Source: Anaeramoeba ignava BMAN
Lineage: Eukaryota > Protista > Anaeramoebae
Reading direction: 5' to 3'
DNA length: 64,000 nucleotides
Assembly: GCA_028826165.1 (NCBI GenBank)
Contig: JAPDFW010000114.1
Coordinates: forward strand, 434,001-498,000
Position 1 is the stretch's first letter; every line of letters begins with the position of its first letter. This document shows, in pieces, positions 20,870 through 32,666 of this stretch. The translations under genes and the position numbers were made by a program. The notes under the pieces are model-generated. The model was not told the origin of the DNA. It searched no databases and was given only the letters and a program-made list of their open reading frames with translations.

Positions 20870-23800
20870 ATGTCAAGAAGAAGACAAATTATAATTTCAG
20901 GTTTAATAAAAGAAAAAAAAAAATTTTTAAATAAATTTTTTAATTAATTTTTTAATTAATTTTTTCTCCAAATTTAGATGATGAATTTGGAAGTTATGGA
21001 AGAAAATATGATTATCCTGAAGATAATAGCTTTGGATTTTCTCCTTCTATTGGTATTTTTTTTATTGATTTAAATTAAATTTTTTTAAATTAAATTTTAT
21101 TTAATTTATTTAAATTTTTTTAAATTAAATTTTTAATAAAAAAAAAGAACGTTTTATGATTGATCCAAATCAAGAAGGTGTTGAAATTTCTCTTGAACAA
21201 TATGATGATGAGCAAAACAATGATCAAAGCAATTCAAATTCAGAAGATATTGATATTAATGAACAAGAATTTTTAGAAGATATTGTTACAATAAAGGATT
21301 TTTTTGAGAATAAATTTACAGAAAGAGAGATTGAAGATGCTCTTATTGAAAGTGATTACAACCCACATGATGCAATAGAATTATTACAAGACTTTTTAAA
21401 CAGCCAGAAAAACAATCAAAATAATCAAACACAAAATCAACAAGATAAACAAGAAATTTCAAATCCTATTGCAATAAATGGAAAAAAGACAAGAAATCAA
21501 GGAATAAATGCTAATGAACAGTTGAATAAACCACAAAGAAATAATGGAAAGAAAAAGAAAAAGAAAAAGAAAAAGAAGAAAAATCAGAATCAAAATCAAA
21601 ATCAAAATCAAAATCAAAATCAAAATCAAAATCAGAATCAGAATCAAAATCAAAATCAAAATCAAAATCAAAATAAAAATCAAAATAAAATTAAAAATGA
21701 TATTCAAAATCAAATTAAAAATGATATTCAAAATAATATTCAAAATAATATTCACAATGATATTCACAATGATATTCACAATGATATTGAAAAAGATATT
21801 TCTTTTGAAGATGGTTTTGGATTTGAAATTCAAACAGTTTATAAAAAAAGCAACAAAAAACGCAATAAGAAAAAAAAGAATAATCAAAATCCAAACACAA
21901 AAAAGCAATCATCTTTAATGAATATTGCTAATATTTCATTAGATTCACCACAAAATCAAAAGAATCAAAAGAATCAAAATCAAAAAAATCAAAATCAAAA
22001 AAATCAAAAGAATCAAAATCAAAATCAAAAAAATATAAATCAAACAAATCAAAAGAATCAAACTCCAAAAATAAATCCAAAAACAAAAAATCAAAATAAT
22101 CAAACTCCAAAAAACCTAAATCAAAATAATCAAACTCCAAAAATAAAAAATCCAAAAATATCAAAAATATCAACTCCAAAAACTCCAAAAACTCCAAAAA
22201 CTCCAAAAACTCCAAAAAATTTAAATTCAGAACAATCAACTCCCAAAAAAATTCAACACCAAAGATCAAAAAAAAACAAGAAATTAATTGTAGAAATAAC
22301 GGAAAAAGAAAATTTGCAAAATGTAAACAAAAAGGAACATTTGAATTTGGTTGTTTGCGGACATGTTGATTCAGGAAAATGCTTTAAAAAAAACACAGAA
22401 ATTCTAATGTCAAATGGACAAATTAAATTAGTTCAAGATATCAAACAAAATGATGAAATTATGGGATTCAATTCAATTCCAAGAAAAGTTGTAAATATAA
22501 CAAAGGGGCATGGAGAACTTTTTGAGATACGCCAAAGTTGTGGAAGCAATTACACTGTTAATAAGCATCACGTGCTGACTTTAGCTGCAAGGAGTACCTT
22601 TTCTCGCGAATACCAAGTTGTTGATATTTCTGTTAGAAAATTTTTGACGATACCAAAAAATCAACGCAAAAATTTTTATGGAATTCAGAGTTCAGTGGAT
22701 TTCCCAACAAAATCAACATCACAAAATCCATTTGAATTTGGAAAAAGCATTGGAAAGCAAATTTGCAAATTGATCGATAATATGGATCAGGAAATTCCGT
22801 TAATAATTCCTGACGAGTTGAAAAGCAATTCTGTTTATATACGCAAAAATTTACTTGAAGGAATTCTTGATTCACTTTATTTATATTACAATACAAACAG
22901 CAACTCTTTTCTTATTCCTTTGAAACAGAAAATCAACACCGAAATTTACAAAGATTTACTGTTTGTTTCACGTTCTTTGGGTGTTGAGTGTATTTCAAGA
23001 GAAAATGAGATTGAAATGAAATATAATATTTTTTTGCAAGATAAGGAAAGAAATTTCAACACAATTACAATGTCAGAATTAGAAATTGAGTTTGTTGGAG
23101 AAGATGAATATTATGGATTCCAACTGGATCGCCAAGCAAAAGAGAGATTTTTCTTGGGAAATTTTACAATAACACACAACTCGACAATTATGGGACATCT
23201 TTTGCTTGATCTTGGACTTGTTTCTCAACACCAGCTCAGCAAGAACGAGAGAGAGTCTGAGAAGATCGGAAGAAAGTCTTTTAAGTTTGCATGGTTTCTT
23301 GATGAACATGAAGACGAAAGAAGCCATGGAGTAACAATTGATGTTGGAGTTAAACATTTCGAAACAAAAAATAAATCTATCACGTTATTAGACACACCAG
23401 GACACTCAGATTTCATTCCAAATATGATTTCAGGCGCTTCCCAAGCTGACGTCGCTATTTTAGTTGTTGATGCAGATGTCGGCGCCTTTGAAAAGGGATT
23501 TTTTTATGGGCAAACAAAAGAACATGTCCAACTTGTTAGAAGTATGGGCATTACACAGCTCATTGTGGCTGTTAATAAAATGGACTGTGTTGATTATTCA
23601 AATAAACGGTTTGATGAAATCAAATCGAAACTGCAGGTTTTTCTTGTCAAAATTGGTTTCCAGCAAGAAAATATTCAATGGATTCCTTGCAGTGGTTTCG
23701 AAGGATGGAATTTATTTTCAAATCAGAATTTTTCAAAAGAAATTCTTGAAAAAACTAAATGGTATAATGGAAATCCACTTGTTGATGCAATTGATAGTTT

Positions 23801-24589
23801 TAAATCTGTTGCAAGAGACTTAGAGAAACCGTTTCGTTTGTGTATTTCTGATGTATTTTCTCATCAAATTTATGGCTTGACAGTTACTGGAAAAGTTGAA
23901 AGCGGAAATGTTATGGTTTCTGATAAAGTAATCATAAATAATCTCAAAATATTTATTTCAAAATGATTTTAATATTTATTTTTTATAGATCCTGGTTATG
24001 CCAATAGCTCAAGTTTGCACAATTAAAAATTTAAAATTGGATCAAAAAGATGTTCAATTTGCTCAAGCTGGTGATAATATTCAGATTGGGATTTCTGGTG
24101 TTGATGAATCTCTTCTTTCGTAAATTTGAAATTCCAAAAAAAACAAATTAATTGTTTTTCAATTTAATTCAATTCAATTTAATTTAATTTAATTTATATC
24201 TTTTTAAAAATTAAAGAACTGGTCAAATTCTTTGTGATCCTGAATTTCCTATTCCAATTGTTACAGAATTTAAAGCTCATATTTTAACTCGAGATTTACC
24301 AAATCCTATTGTTAGAGGCTCTCCTGGAATTTTATATTCACAAAGTTTGAATGAATCTGCAATTATTAAGGAAATTATTGGATTAATTGATAAAACAACC
24401 AATCAATTACTTCCAAAAAAAGTTAAAGTTATTACAAGTCATTCATTAGCAATGGTTTTAATTGAAACTTCAAGACCTGTTTGTTTAGAAAATTTTGAAA
24501 ATATGAAACAATTTGGAAGATTTGCATTTAGATTTCAAGGAAAAACAGTTGCTTCTGGTATAGTTAAAGAAATTATGACTCAAAAATAG
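20870..24589 (+). CDS. HBS1: HBS1-like translational GTPase (ribosome rescue; eRF3/EF1A family) containing an intein; exons 20870-20900, 20978-21052, 21148-23927, 23989-24119, 24217-24589
   Basis: N-terminus MSRRR...FGSYG...FGFSPS; HBS1_N-like EIEDALIESDYNPHDAIELL; LNLVVCGHVDSGK[intein]STIMGHLL; FAWFLDEHEDERSHGVTID; DTPGHSDFIPNMISGA; GQTKEH; NKMD; PCSGFEG; domains II/III ending GRFAFR..GKTVASG. Confidence 0.92.
22380..23180 (+). mobile_element. Intein, 267 aa (Hint domain with probably degenerate LAGLIDADG endonuclease remnants), inserted in the HBS1 P-loop
   Basis: Begins CFKKNTEILMSNGQIKLVQDI (block A), has YTVNKHHVL (block B TxxxH), and ends EYYGFQLD...FFLGNFTITHN followed by extein Ser. 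Removing it restores GHVDSGK|ST. Remnant RKNLLEGILDS and DLLFVSRSLG motifs. Confidence 0.96.
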
Positions 24590-24780
24590 AGAAACATTTA
24601 TAAAGCATTTTATAAAGCATTTTATAAAGCATTTTATAAAGCATTTTAGAAACATTTATAAAGCATTTTATAAAGCATTTTATAAAGCATTTTAGAAACA
24701 AATTTAGAAACAAATTTAGAAACAAATTTATAAACAAATTTAGAAACAAATTTAGAAACAAATTTATAAAGCATTTTAAA
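24590..24780. repeat. 12-bp tandem repeats (AAAGCATTTTAT / AAACAAATTTAG) between convergent genes
   Basis: Directly visible. Confidence 0.8.
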
Positions 24781-24896
24781 AAAAGGAAAATTTGATTTTT
24801 TTTTTGGATTATTTGCTTTTTATTATTATTATTATTATTTTTCATTTTCTTCCAATAAAAAGCAAAAGAAAAAGAAATTAATTTGAAAAATTGAAA

Positions 24897-27800
24897 TTAA
24901 TTTGAAAAATTGAAAATTAAAAAGGAAAAAGAAAGGAAAATGAAAATTAAAAAGGAAAATGATAAATGATTTGAAGAAGAAACATTTTTTGGATAACAAG
25001 TATTAGCAGGATCTTCTTCATAAGATCCTAAATCATAACAACATCCAACTTCAACATCACAAAAACCAAAATGTGTAAGTAAAGAAGAAATATAAGAAGG
25101 AAGAGAAGAAGAGCCTTTATCAACAAGTTCATAAGGAGTTGTGAAAATCATTCCTGGTGGAACTGATTGTGGTGAAAGAATATAATCTTGATTATCATAA
25201 AAAGGATAAGTAAATCCTGGATCTAAAGAATCAAATCCATGATCTTCCCAATATTCAAATTCTGAATCTTCATAAAGTTGTGAAAGATTGTAAAAATACT
25301 TTCCTGATGTTGCATACATAATTCCATTTCCCCAATCATTATTTCTGCAATATCTGTGATAAAGATTATGATCTAAAAATAATTTTAAAGAATCAACACT
25401 ATATGTTTGGCAGTCATAAAAAATTCCATTATTCTCAAGATCCATAAAAACATTGTTTTGTATCATTGTTTCATTCATTGAAGTTGATGCGAATCCTCCT
25501 AAATAAATTCCTACTTGTGAATGAGCAACAACATTATTGTAAATATAACTTTTTGTTTCTTGCCATTTTTTAAAGAAACTAAATCCATTGTATCCATTAT
25601 TAAATGCAATATTTCGATAAAAAGCAACTCCTCCTGCATTATCTAAATAATATCCAAATCCTCCTTTTCCATTCCAATATTCTCGATGTTGACTTTGAGT
25701 TGTGAAACCAATTGAATTCAAACATCTAAAAAGATTATAAATGATAAAATAAATATTTTTGTTTATTAAATTTGATTGTTTTTTTTTTGATTTATTTCTT
25801 ACGTATTATTCACAACAAGTGCATTATTGAAATAATGTGGAACACCTACTGTTTCATCAGTCCAAAACTTAATACATCCGCAATCAGCTTCTCCAACACA
25901 AGAAGAGGAAATGGTATTCCTAGCTACAAAAATATCAGTAGTTCTCACATTATTAGATCCATCATATCCATTATACGTGAAAAGCAAACCGTGATGACTC
26001 GTAATATGAATTGTATTATCTGTAAATGTAAGTTTATTAGGTGTTGTAAAAGCTACACCACTTCTAGTCATTGACCAATCATGAAACAATCCAAGATGAT
26101 GGAAATTGTTTTTTTTAACAACCATATCAGTTACTCCAGGTTGAACCCAAGAAGCTCCCATAAATGGATAATACGCAATATAGAGAGCTGCAGCATTAAT
26201 ATGATCAATTTCATTTCCTTCAATTAACCAATTAGAATTGATTTTGATCCCAGTTCCAGTACCTCTATTAATGAAAATACCCCATTCACAATAAGAAATC
26301 TTGTTGTTTAAAATGTTAACACCCCATGATTTTGATGTATCTCCTCCTCTTTCTCTAATTCCTGATTCATCAAAAAATAAGAATTTTAAACCTTCAATAG
26401 TAATATAAGAAAAACCAGATAACTCCATTCCATAATTTCTAAATCCTGAAATTTCAACATTTCCAAAATCAGGAGAAACAGAACTTGGTGGCCAATAATA
26501 AAGTTCATGAGTAGAGTTATCCCAATAAAATTCTCCTGGTGAATCAAGAAGATGAAGTTTATTCTCAACATAATATCGTGAATAAAGTCCAATATAATTG
26601 CAAGCTCCTGAAAAATTTCCTGAAGAAGCAACTGTGATTTGGCCTGTTGAAGTTGAGTGACTTGCAATTGTTCTTTTATAGATACTATGACCTGTTGTTG
26701 CATCCGTAACATAAATGGTTCCACCAGTAAGATCTTGAATTGTTTTCAAATTTACTGGATTTGAATCACGTTGTCCAGTATGAGTTAATGTATAAGAAGA
26801 AAGATAACTAGAATCACAAGTATTATATATTGTTGGAAAACAATTCAAAGGAGCCATTGCTGAGCCACCATCAGCTTCAAGCCAATATCCTGTGAAATTA
26901 TATTCTTCATGTGATTCATAATTTGGTGTTCGTGCAATAAATCCTCGATTTAAAACATTAAAATATTCATCAACAACTGAAACAAAATAGGGTGTGTAAT
27001 CAAGATCTGGAATATATGCCTTTTTCACTGCTGGATCTAATTCAACATGACCTGATGCAACCCAACTATAAGAACTTCCACTTTTTGATCCAACAATAGC
27101 CGCATTTTGTCCATCTGCTTTTAAAGTAATTCTATCACTTGACAATCCGTTAAATGGAGGAGTGATTGTCTCTCTATAAACACCATCAGCAACATGAATA
27201 GTTGTTCCAGGACTGCATAAAAGAAATGCACGTTGAATTGTTTTGAGAGGATTGTAATAATTTCCTGAATTTTGATCATTTCCTGAATTACTGTTAACAT
27301 AAAGATCAGAAACATAATTCACATCAAAATATACTTTTTTAACAAGCAAATGTCCTGTTGTTGTTCCTAATTGTGAGAGTAAGTTTCCTGCAGAAAAAAC
27401 AATAAAATCGCCAACATCTGCAATATTTGGAACAGGAAGTGTTTTAACAACTGTATTTCCAACAAGAACAACAATTGATTTATCAAGTGTGATTCCAACT
27501 GTGATATCCAAAACTTGTAAACTTGATGACATTTCGAAAATATCATATGTCCAAACAAATAAATCAGATGAATTTGTATAATCAATCTCACCACAAAGAA
27601 CACCTTCAGTATTCAGGAAAACACTTAAAACTGCAAGAGGATTCCAGTCTGAATTAGTAATTTGCAATATTCGAAAAGAATTTTTAACAAGAGACCACCA
27701 ATCACTATTAGTTGGTGTTACAAATGAAGCTCCACTAAAATCTACTTGAATTTTTAAAAAGGCAGAAGGAATTGGTCCATATCCATAACTTTGAAATCCT

Positions 27801-28003
27801 CCTGTAGCTGTTCCACTAAATGGGATTTGTGCTCCGTTTTGTGTATATGTAATTGTTAATCCACTTTCTCCTTTGAACCAATTTCCTAAATCAGGAGTTG
27901 TTGTTAAAAAATCGAGTGTTTGCACATTTTTGAATGAATAAGTTTGAATATGAATTAGGATAAATAATAAAGAAAAAATTAATAAAAAGAATTGTTGTTT
28001 CAT
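24897..28003 (-). CDS. Secreted/surface right-handed parallel beta-helix (pectin-lyase-fold) protein, probably GPI-anchored; exons 25803-28003 and 24897-25725
   Basis: Signal peptide; LYVNSNSGNDQNSGNYYNPLKTIQRA...PGTTIHVADGVYRE (typical beta-helix N-cap); YYVENKLHLLDSPGEFYWD; Asn-ladder repeats; GYYLDN; C-terminal SSSN plus hydrophobic tail. GT-AG intron 25726-25802 keeps the frame. Confidence 0.82.
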
Positions 28004-28304
28004 TTAATAAAAGAAAAAAAGCAAAAACCAAAATCAAAACTGAAAGGAAAAAAATGAGTTTTCTTTTTAAAAATAAAAGAAAAAAGAAAGAAAAATTTTT
28101 TTTTTCTTATTTAACTTGAAGAGGCAAAAAAATTTAATGAAAATACTCACGATTCAAAACAAAATCAATAAATTATTTATAAAATTAAATTTAAAATAAA
28201 TTTAATATAAAAACTTTAATAAATAAACTGAAGATTTTTAATAAATAATTTTTGGATCGTTTTAATTAAATTTAATAACAAAAAAACTGACAATTCAAAT
28301 GAAA

Positions 28305-30990
28305 AATAATAAATTATTTATAAAATAAAATTTAAAATAACTTTAAAACAAAATATTAATTGATTATTATTTAAATTTTTAATAAATAAATTAATAAATA
28401 TTTTAATTAAATTTATTTCATAATTTTTAATTAAATTAAATTAATAATTAATAATAAATTATTTATAAAATCAAATTTAAAATTAATTTAATACAAAATA
28501 ATAATTAATTATTATTTAAATTTTTTATAAATAAATTAATAAATATTTTAATTAAATTTATTTCATAATTTTTAATTAAATTAAATTAATAATTAACAAT
28601 AAATTATTTATAAAATTAAATTTAAAATAAATTTAAAACAAAATATTAATTAATTATTATTTAAATTTTTAATAAATAAATTAATAAATATTTTAATTAA
28701 ATTTATTTCATAATTTTTAATTAATTTAAATTAATAATTAATAATAAATTATTTATAAAATTAAATTTAAAATAACTTTAAAACAAAATATTAATTGATT
28801 ATTATTCAAATTTTTAATAAATAAATTAATAAATATTTTAATTAAATTTATTTCATAATTTTTAATTAATTTAAATTAATAATTAATAATAAATTATTTA
28901 TAAAATTAAATTTAAAATAACTTTAAAACAAAATATTAATTGATTATTATTCAAATTTTTAATAAATAAATTAATAAATATTTTAATTAAATTTATTTCA
29001 TAATTTTTAATTAATTCAAATTAATAATTAATAATAAATTATTTATAAAATTAAATTTAAAATAAATTTAAAACAAAATGTTAATTAATTATTATTCAAA
29101 TTTTTATAAATAAATTAATAAATATTTTAATTAAATTTATTTCATAATTTTTAATTAATTTAAATTAATAATTAATAATAAATTATTTATAAAATTAAAT
29201 TTAAAATAACTTTAAAACAAAATATTAATTAATTATTATTTAAATTTTTAATAAATAAATTAATAAATATTTTGATTAAATTTATTTAATAATTTTTAAT
29301 TAAATTAAATTAATAATTAATAATAAATTATTTATAAAATTAAATTTAAAATAACTTTTAAAACAAAATATTAATTAATTATTATTTAAATTTTTAATAA
29401 ATAAATTAATAAATATTTTAATTAATTTTATTTCATAATTTTTAATTAAATTAAATTAATAATTAATAATAAATTATTTATAAAATTAAATTTAAAATTA
29501 ATTTAAAAACAAAATATTAATTAATTATTATTCAAATTTTTAATAAATAAATTAATAAATATTTTAATTAATTTTATTTCATAATTTTTAATTAATTTAA
29601 ATTAATAATTAATAATAAATTATTTATAAAATTAAATTTAAAATTAATTTAATACAAAAATATTAACTAATTATTATTTAAATTTTTAATAAATAAATTA
29701 ATAAATATTTTAATTAATTTTATTTCATAATTTTTAATTAAATTAAATTAATAATTAATAATAAATTATTTATAAAATTAAATTTAAAATTAATCTAATA
29801 CAAAATATTATTGATTATTATTTAAATTTTTAATAAATAAATTAATAAATATTTTAATTAAATTTATTTCATAATTTTTAATTAAATTAAATTAATAATT
29901 AATAATAAATTATTTATAAAATTAAATTTAAAATAAATTTAATACAAAAATATTAACTGATTATTATTTAAATTTTTAATAAATAAATTAATAAATATTT
30001 TAATTAATTTTATTTCATAATTTTTAATTAAATTAAATTAATAATTAATAATAAATTATTTATAAAATTAAATTTAAAATTAATTTAATACAAAATATTA
30101 ATTAATTATTATTTAAATTTTTAATAAATAAATTAATAAATATTTTAATTAAATTTATTTCATAATTTTTAATTAAATTAAATTAATAATTAATAATAAA
30201 TTATTTATAAAATTAAATTTAAAATTAATTTAATACAAAATACTAATTGATTATTATTTAAATTTTTAATAAATAAATTAATAAATATTTTAATTAATTT
30301 TATTTCATAATTTTTGATTAATTTAAATTAATAATTAATAATAAATTATTTATAAAATTAAATTTAAAATAAATTTAAAACAAAATAATAATTAATTATT
30401 ATTTAAATTTTTATAAATAAATTAATAAATATTTTAATTAATTTTATTTCATAATTTTTAATTAATTTAAATTAATAATTAATAATAAATTATTTATAAA
30501 ATCAAATTTAAAATAAATTTAAAACAAAATACTAATTGATTATTATTTAAATTTTTAATAAATAAATTAATAAATATTTTAATTAATTTTATTTCATAAT
30601 TTTTAATTAAATTAAATTAATAATTAATAATAAATTATTTATAAAATTAAATTTAAAATTAATTTAAAACAAAATATTAATTAATTATTATTCAAATTTT
30701 TAATAAATAAATTAATAAATATTTTAATTAATTTTATTTCATAATTTTTAATTAAATTAAATTAATAATTAATAATAAATTATTTATAAAATCAAATTTA
30801 AAATTAATTTAATACAAAATATTATTGATTATTATTTAAATTTTTAATAAATAAATTAATAAATATTTTAATTAATTTTATTTCATAATTTTTAATTAAA
30901 TTAAATTAATAATTAATAATAAATTATTTATAAAATTAAATTTAAAATTAATTTAATACAAAATATTAATTGATTATTATTCAAATTTTT
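28305..30990. repeat. AT-rich tandem satellite, about 145-bp unit, about 18 copies
   Basis: TTTCATA landmark at 28416, 28561, 28706, 28851, 28996 and 29140 (spacing 144-145 bp); a partial copy lies near 28165. Confidence 0.93.
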
Positions 30991-31028
30991 TATTTTTTTT
31001 TTTCATTTTTTTATTCTCATTTTTTTAA

Positions 31029-32534
31029 ATGAGTTTCTTTCAAAAAATTAATCCAATAAATGAACTAAATGAATTTTGTGAAAAAAATCAAGAATTTCTT
31101 GAAAAATTACTTAAAATTCTTGAAAATGGATATTGTATAGGATGTTCTGTTAGAATTTGTGGAAATTCACAATTCCTTTTTTACAAAACAAAATCACTCC
31201 CAACAAGCGAGGAAATATATAAAGAACTCAAACAAAAATTAAAAACAGCAATGAATGTTGAAGAAAATCAAACCAATCCTTTTAAAACTAAAATATGTCC
31301 TTCTTGTTTTGGAATTCTTCAAAATGATATTGTTTCAGATATCATCATTAAAACAAAAAAAAGATTCTATTCCTCATTTAAATCGTTCAATATTTCTTTA
31401 CAAATTCCAGATCTCAAACCAGAATCCAAAATTATTGAGGAAGAAAAATTAGATCCTTCAAATCAATTTATTGCATTTAAACACTATTTGAAAAACATAA
31501 TTTTTTTAGAAAAGATCAATTTCGAACAAAATTTCAATTCGAAAATGGTTCCACAAGTTAAGGCCAAATTAGAAATTTGTGTAAAATGGATTCCTTCAAA
31601 TGAGATTGAAGAAAATAATTCAAATCAAAATTTAAATCAAAATTCAAATCAAAATTCAATTCAAAATTTAAATCAAAATTCAAATCAAAATTTAAATGTT
31701 AAAAGAAAAAGAACAAGAAGAACAAAACCAAAAAGAAAAACACAAAATGATTATTTGGATGAAATGGAAAAAATTGGACTAAGTTTGGATGTTGAAACAA
31801 AACACCAATCAATATGGATTACAGGAAACTATGAAAAGTATTCGAGGAGAGTGTCTCATTCTCCTTGGCATTTTGAAAATGTTAAAGAAGGAATAAATTC
31901 TGTGCAAGAATTCATTGCTCCTCATTTTATGCAAGTTTTCAAAGGAAAATCTATCAAATTCATGTCTTCAGGAAGAGAGGATGTTGATGTAAGAATGCTT
32001 TATCCAGGAAGGCCTTTTTTGATTGAAATTATTGATCCACATGATCCAAATCAAAATATTGATTTTTCTCAATATGAACAGATGATTAAAAATCAATCAG
32101 ATGGAATTGTTTGTGCGAATTCACTTCGATTTGGAACAATCCAAGATCAAACCCAAATCAAAGAAGGAGAAGAAAACAAACGAAAAGAATATTGGGGGAT
32201 TGTTTGGCTATCAAAACCAACTGATAAATCCAAAATTAATCAAATAGTTGCTCAAGTTTATTCTGAAAAATCTGATTCATTTGTAATTTATCAGAAAACT
32301 CCTGTTAGAGTTCTTCATAGAAGAGCTATATTATCGAGAGAAAGAAAAATATTTTCTTTACAATTTGATTTAATTAATCCTCATTTTTTATTTATGAAAA
32401 CTCAAACTCAAGCAGGAACTTATATAAAAGAATTTGTGAATTCAGATTTTGGAAGAACTTCTCCATCTATTGCTGAGTTATTTCAATGCAAAGCAGAATT
32501 AGTTCAATTAGATGTGAAAAACATTATTTTTTAA
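31029..32534 (+). CDS. PUS10: tRNA pseudouridine(54/55) synthase Pus10
   Basis: CIGCSVR and CPSCFGIL Zn-site; GNYEKYSRRVSHSPW; SSGREDVDVRML..GRPF; QKTPVRVLHRR; QAGTYIKEFVNSDFGRTSPS. Confidence 0.95.
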   Translation: MSFFQKINPINELNEFCEKNQEFLEKLLKILENGYCIGCSVRICGNSQFLFYKTKSLPTSEEIYKELKQKLKTAMNVEENQTNPFKTKICPSCFGILQNDIVSDIIIKTKKRFYSSFKSFNISLQIPDLKPESKIIEEEKLDPSNQFIAFKHYLKNIIFLEKINFEQNFNSKMVPQVKAKLEICVKWIPSNEIEENNSNQNLNQNSNQNSIQNLNQNSNQNLNVKRKRTRRTKPKRKTQNDYLDEMEKIGLSLDVETKHQSIWITGNYEKYSRRVSHSPWHFENVKEGINSVQEFIAPHFMQVFKGKSIKFMSSGREDVDVRMLYPGRPFLIEIIDPHDPNQNIDFSQYEQMIKNQSDGIVCANSLRFGTIQDQTQIKEGEENKRKEYWGIVWLSKPTDKSKINQIVAQVYSEKSDSFVIYQKTPVRVLHRRAILSRERKIFSLQFDLINPHFLFMKTQTQAGTYIKEFVNSDFGRTSPSIAELFQCKAELVQLDVKNIIF

Positions 32535-32666
32535 ATCCAAAGAAAAAGAGAATTTATAAAGCATTTCCAAAAAAATAAACAAAACAACAAAATTTGTTTT
32601 CTTTCTTTTTATTCTTTTGAAAAATGGATGAAATTTTGTTCTCAAAAAAAACCAAAAAAAAATAAT

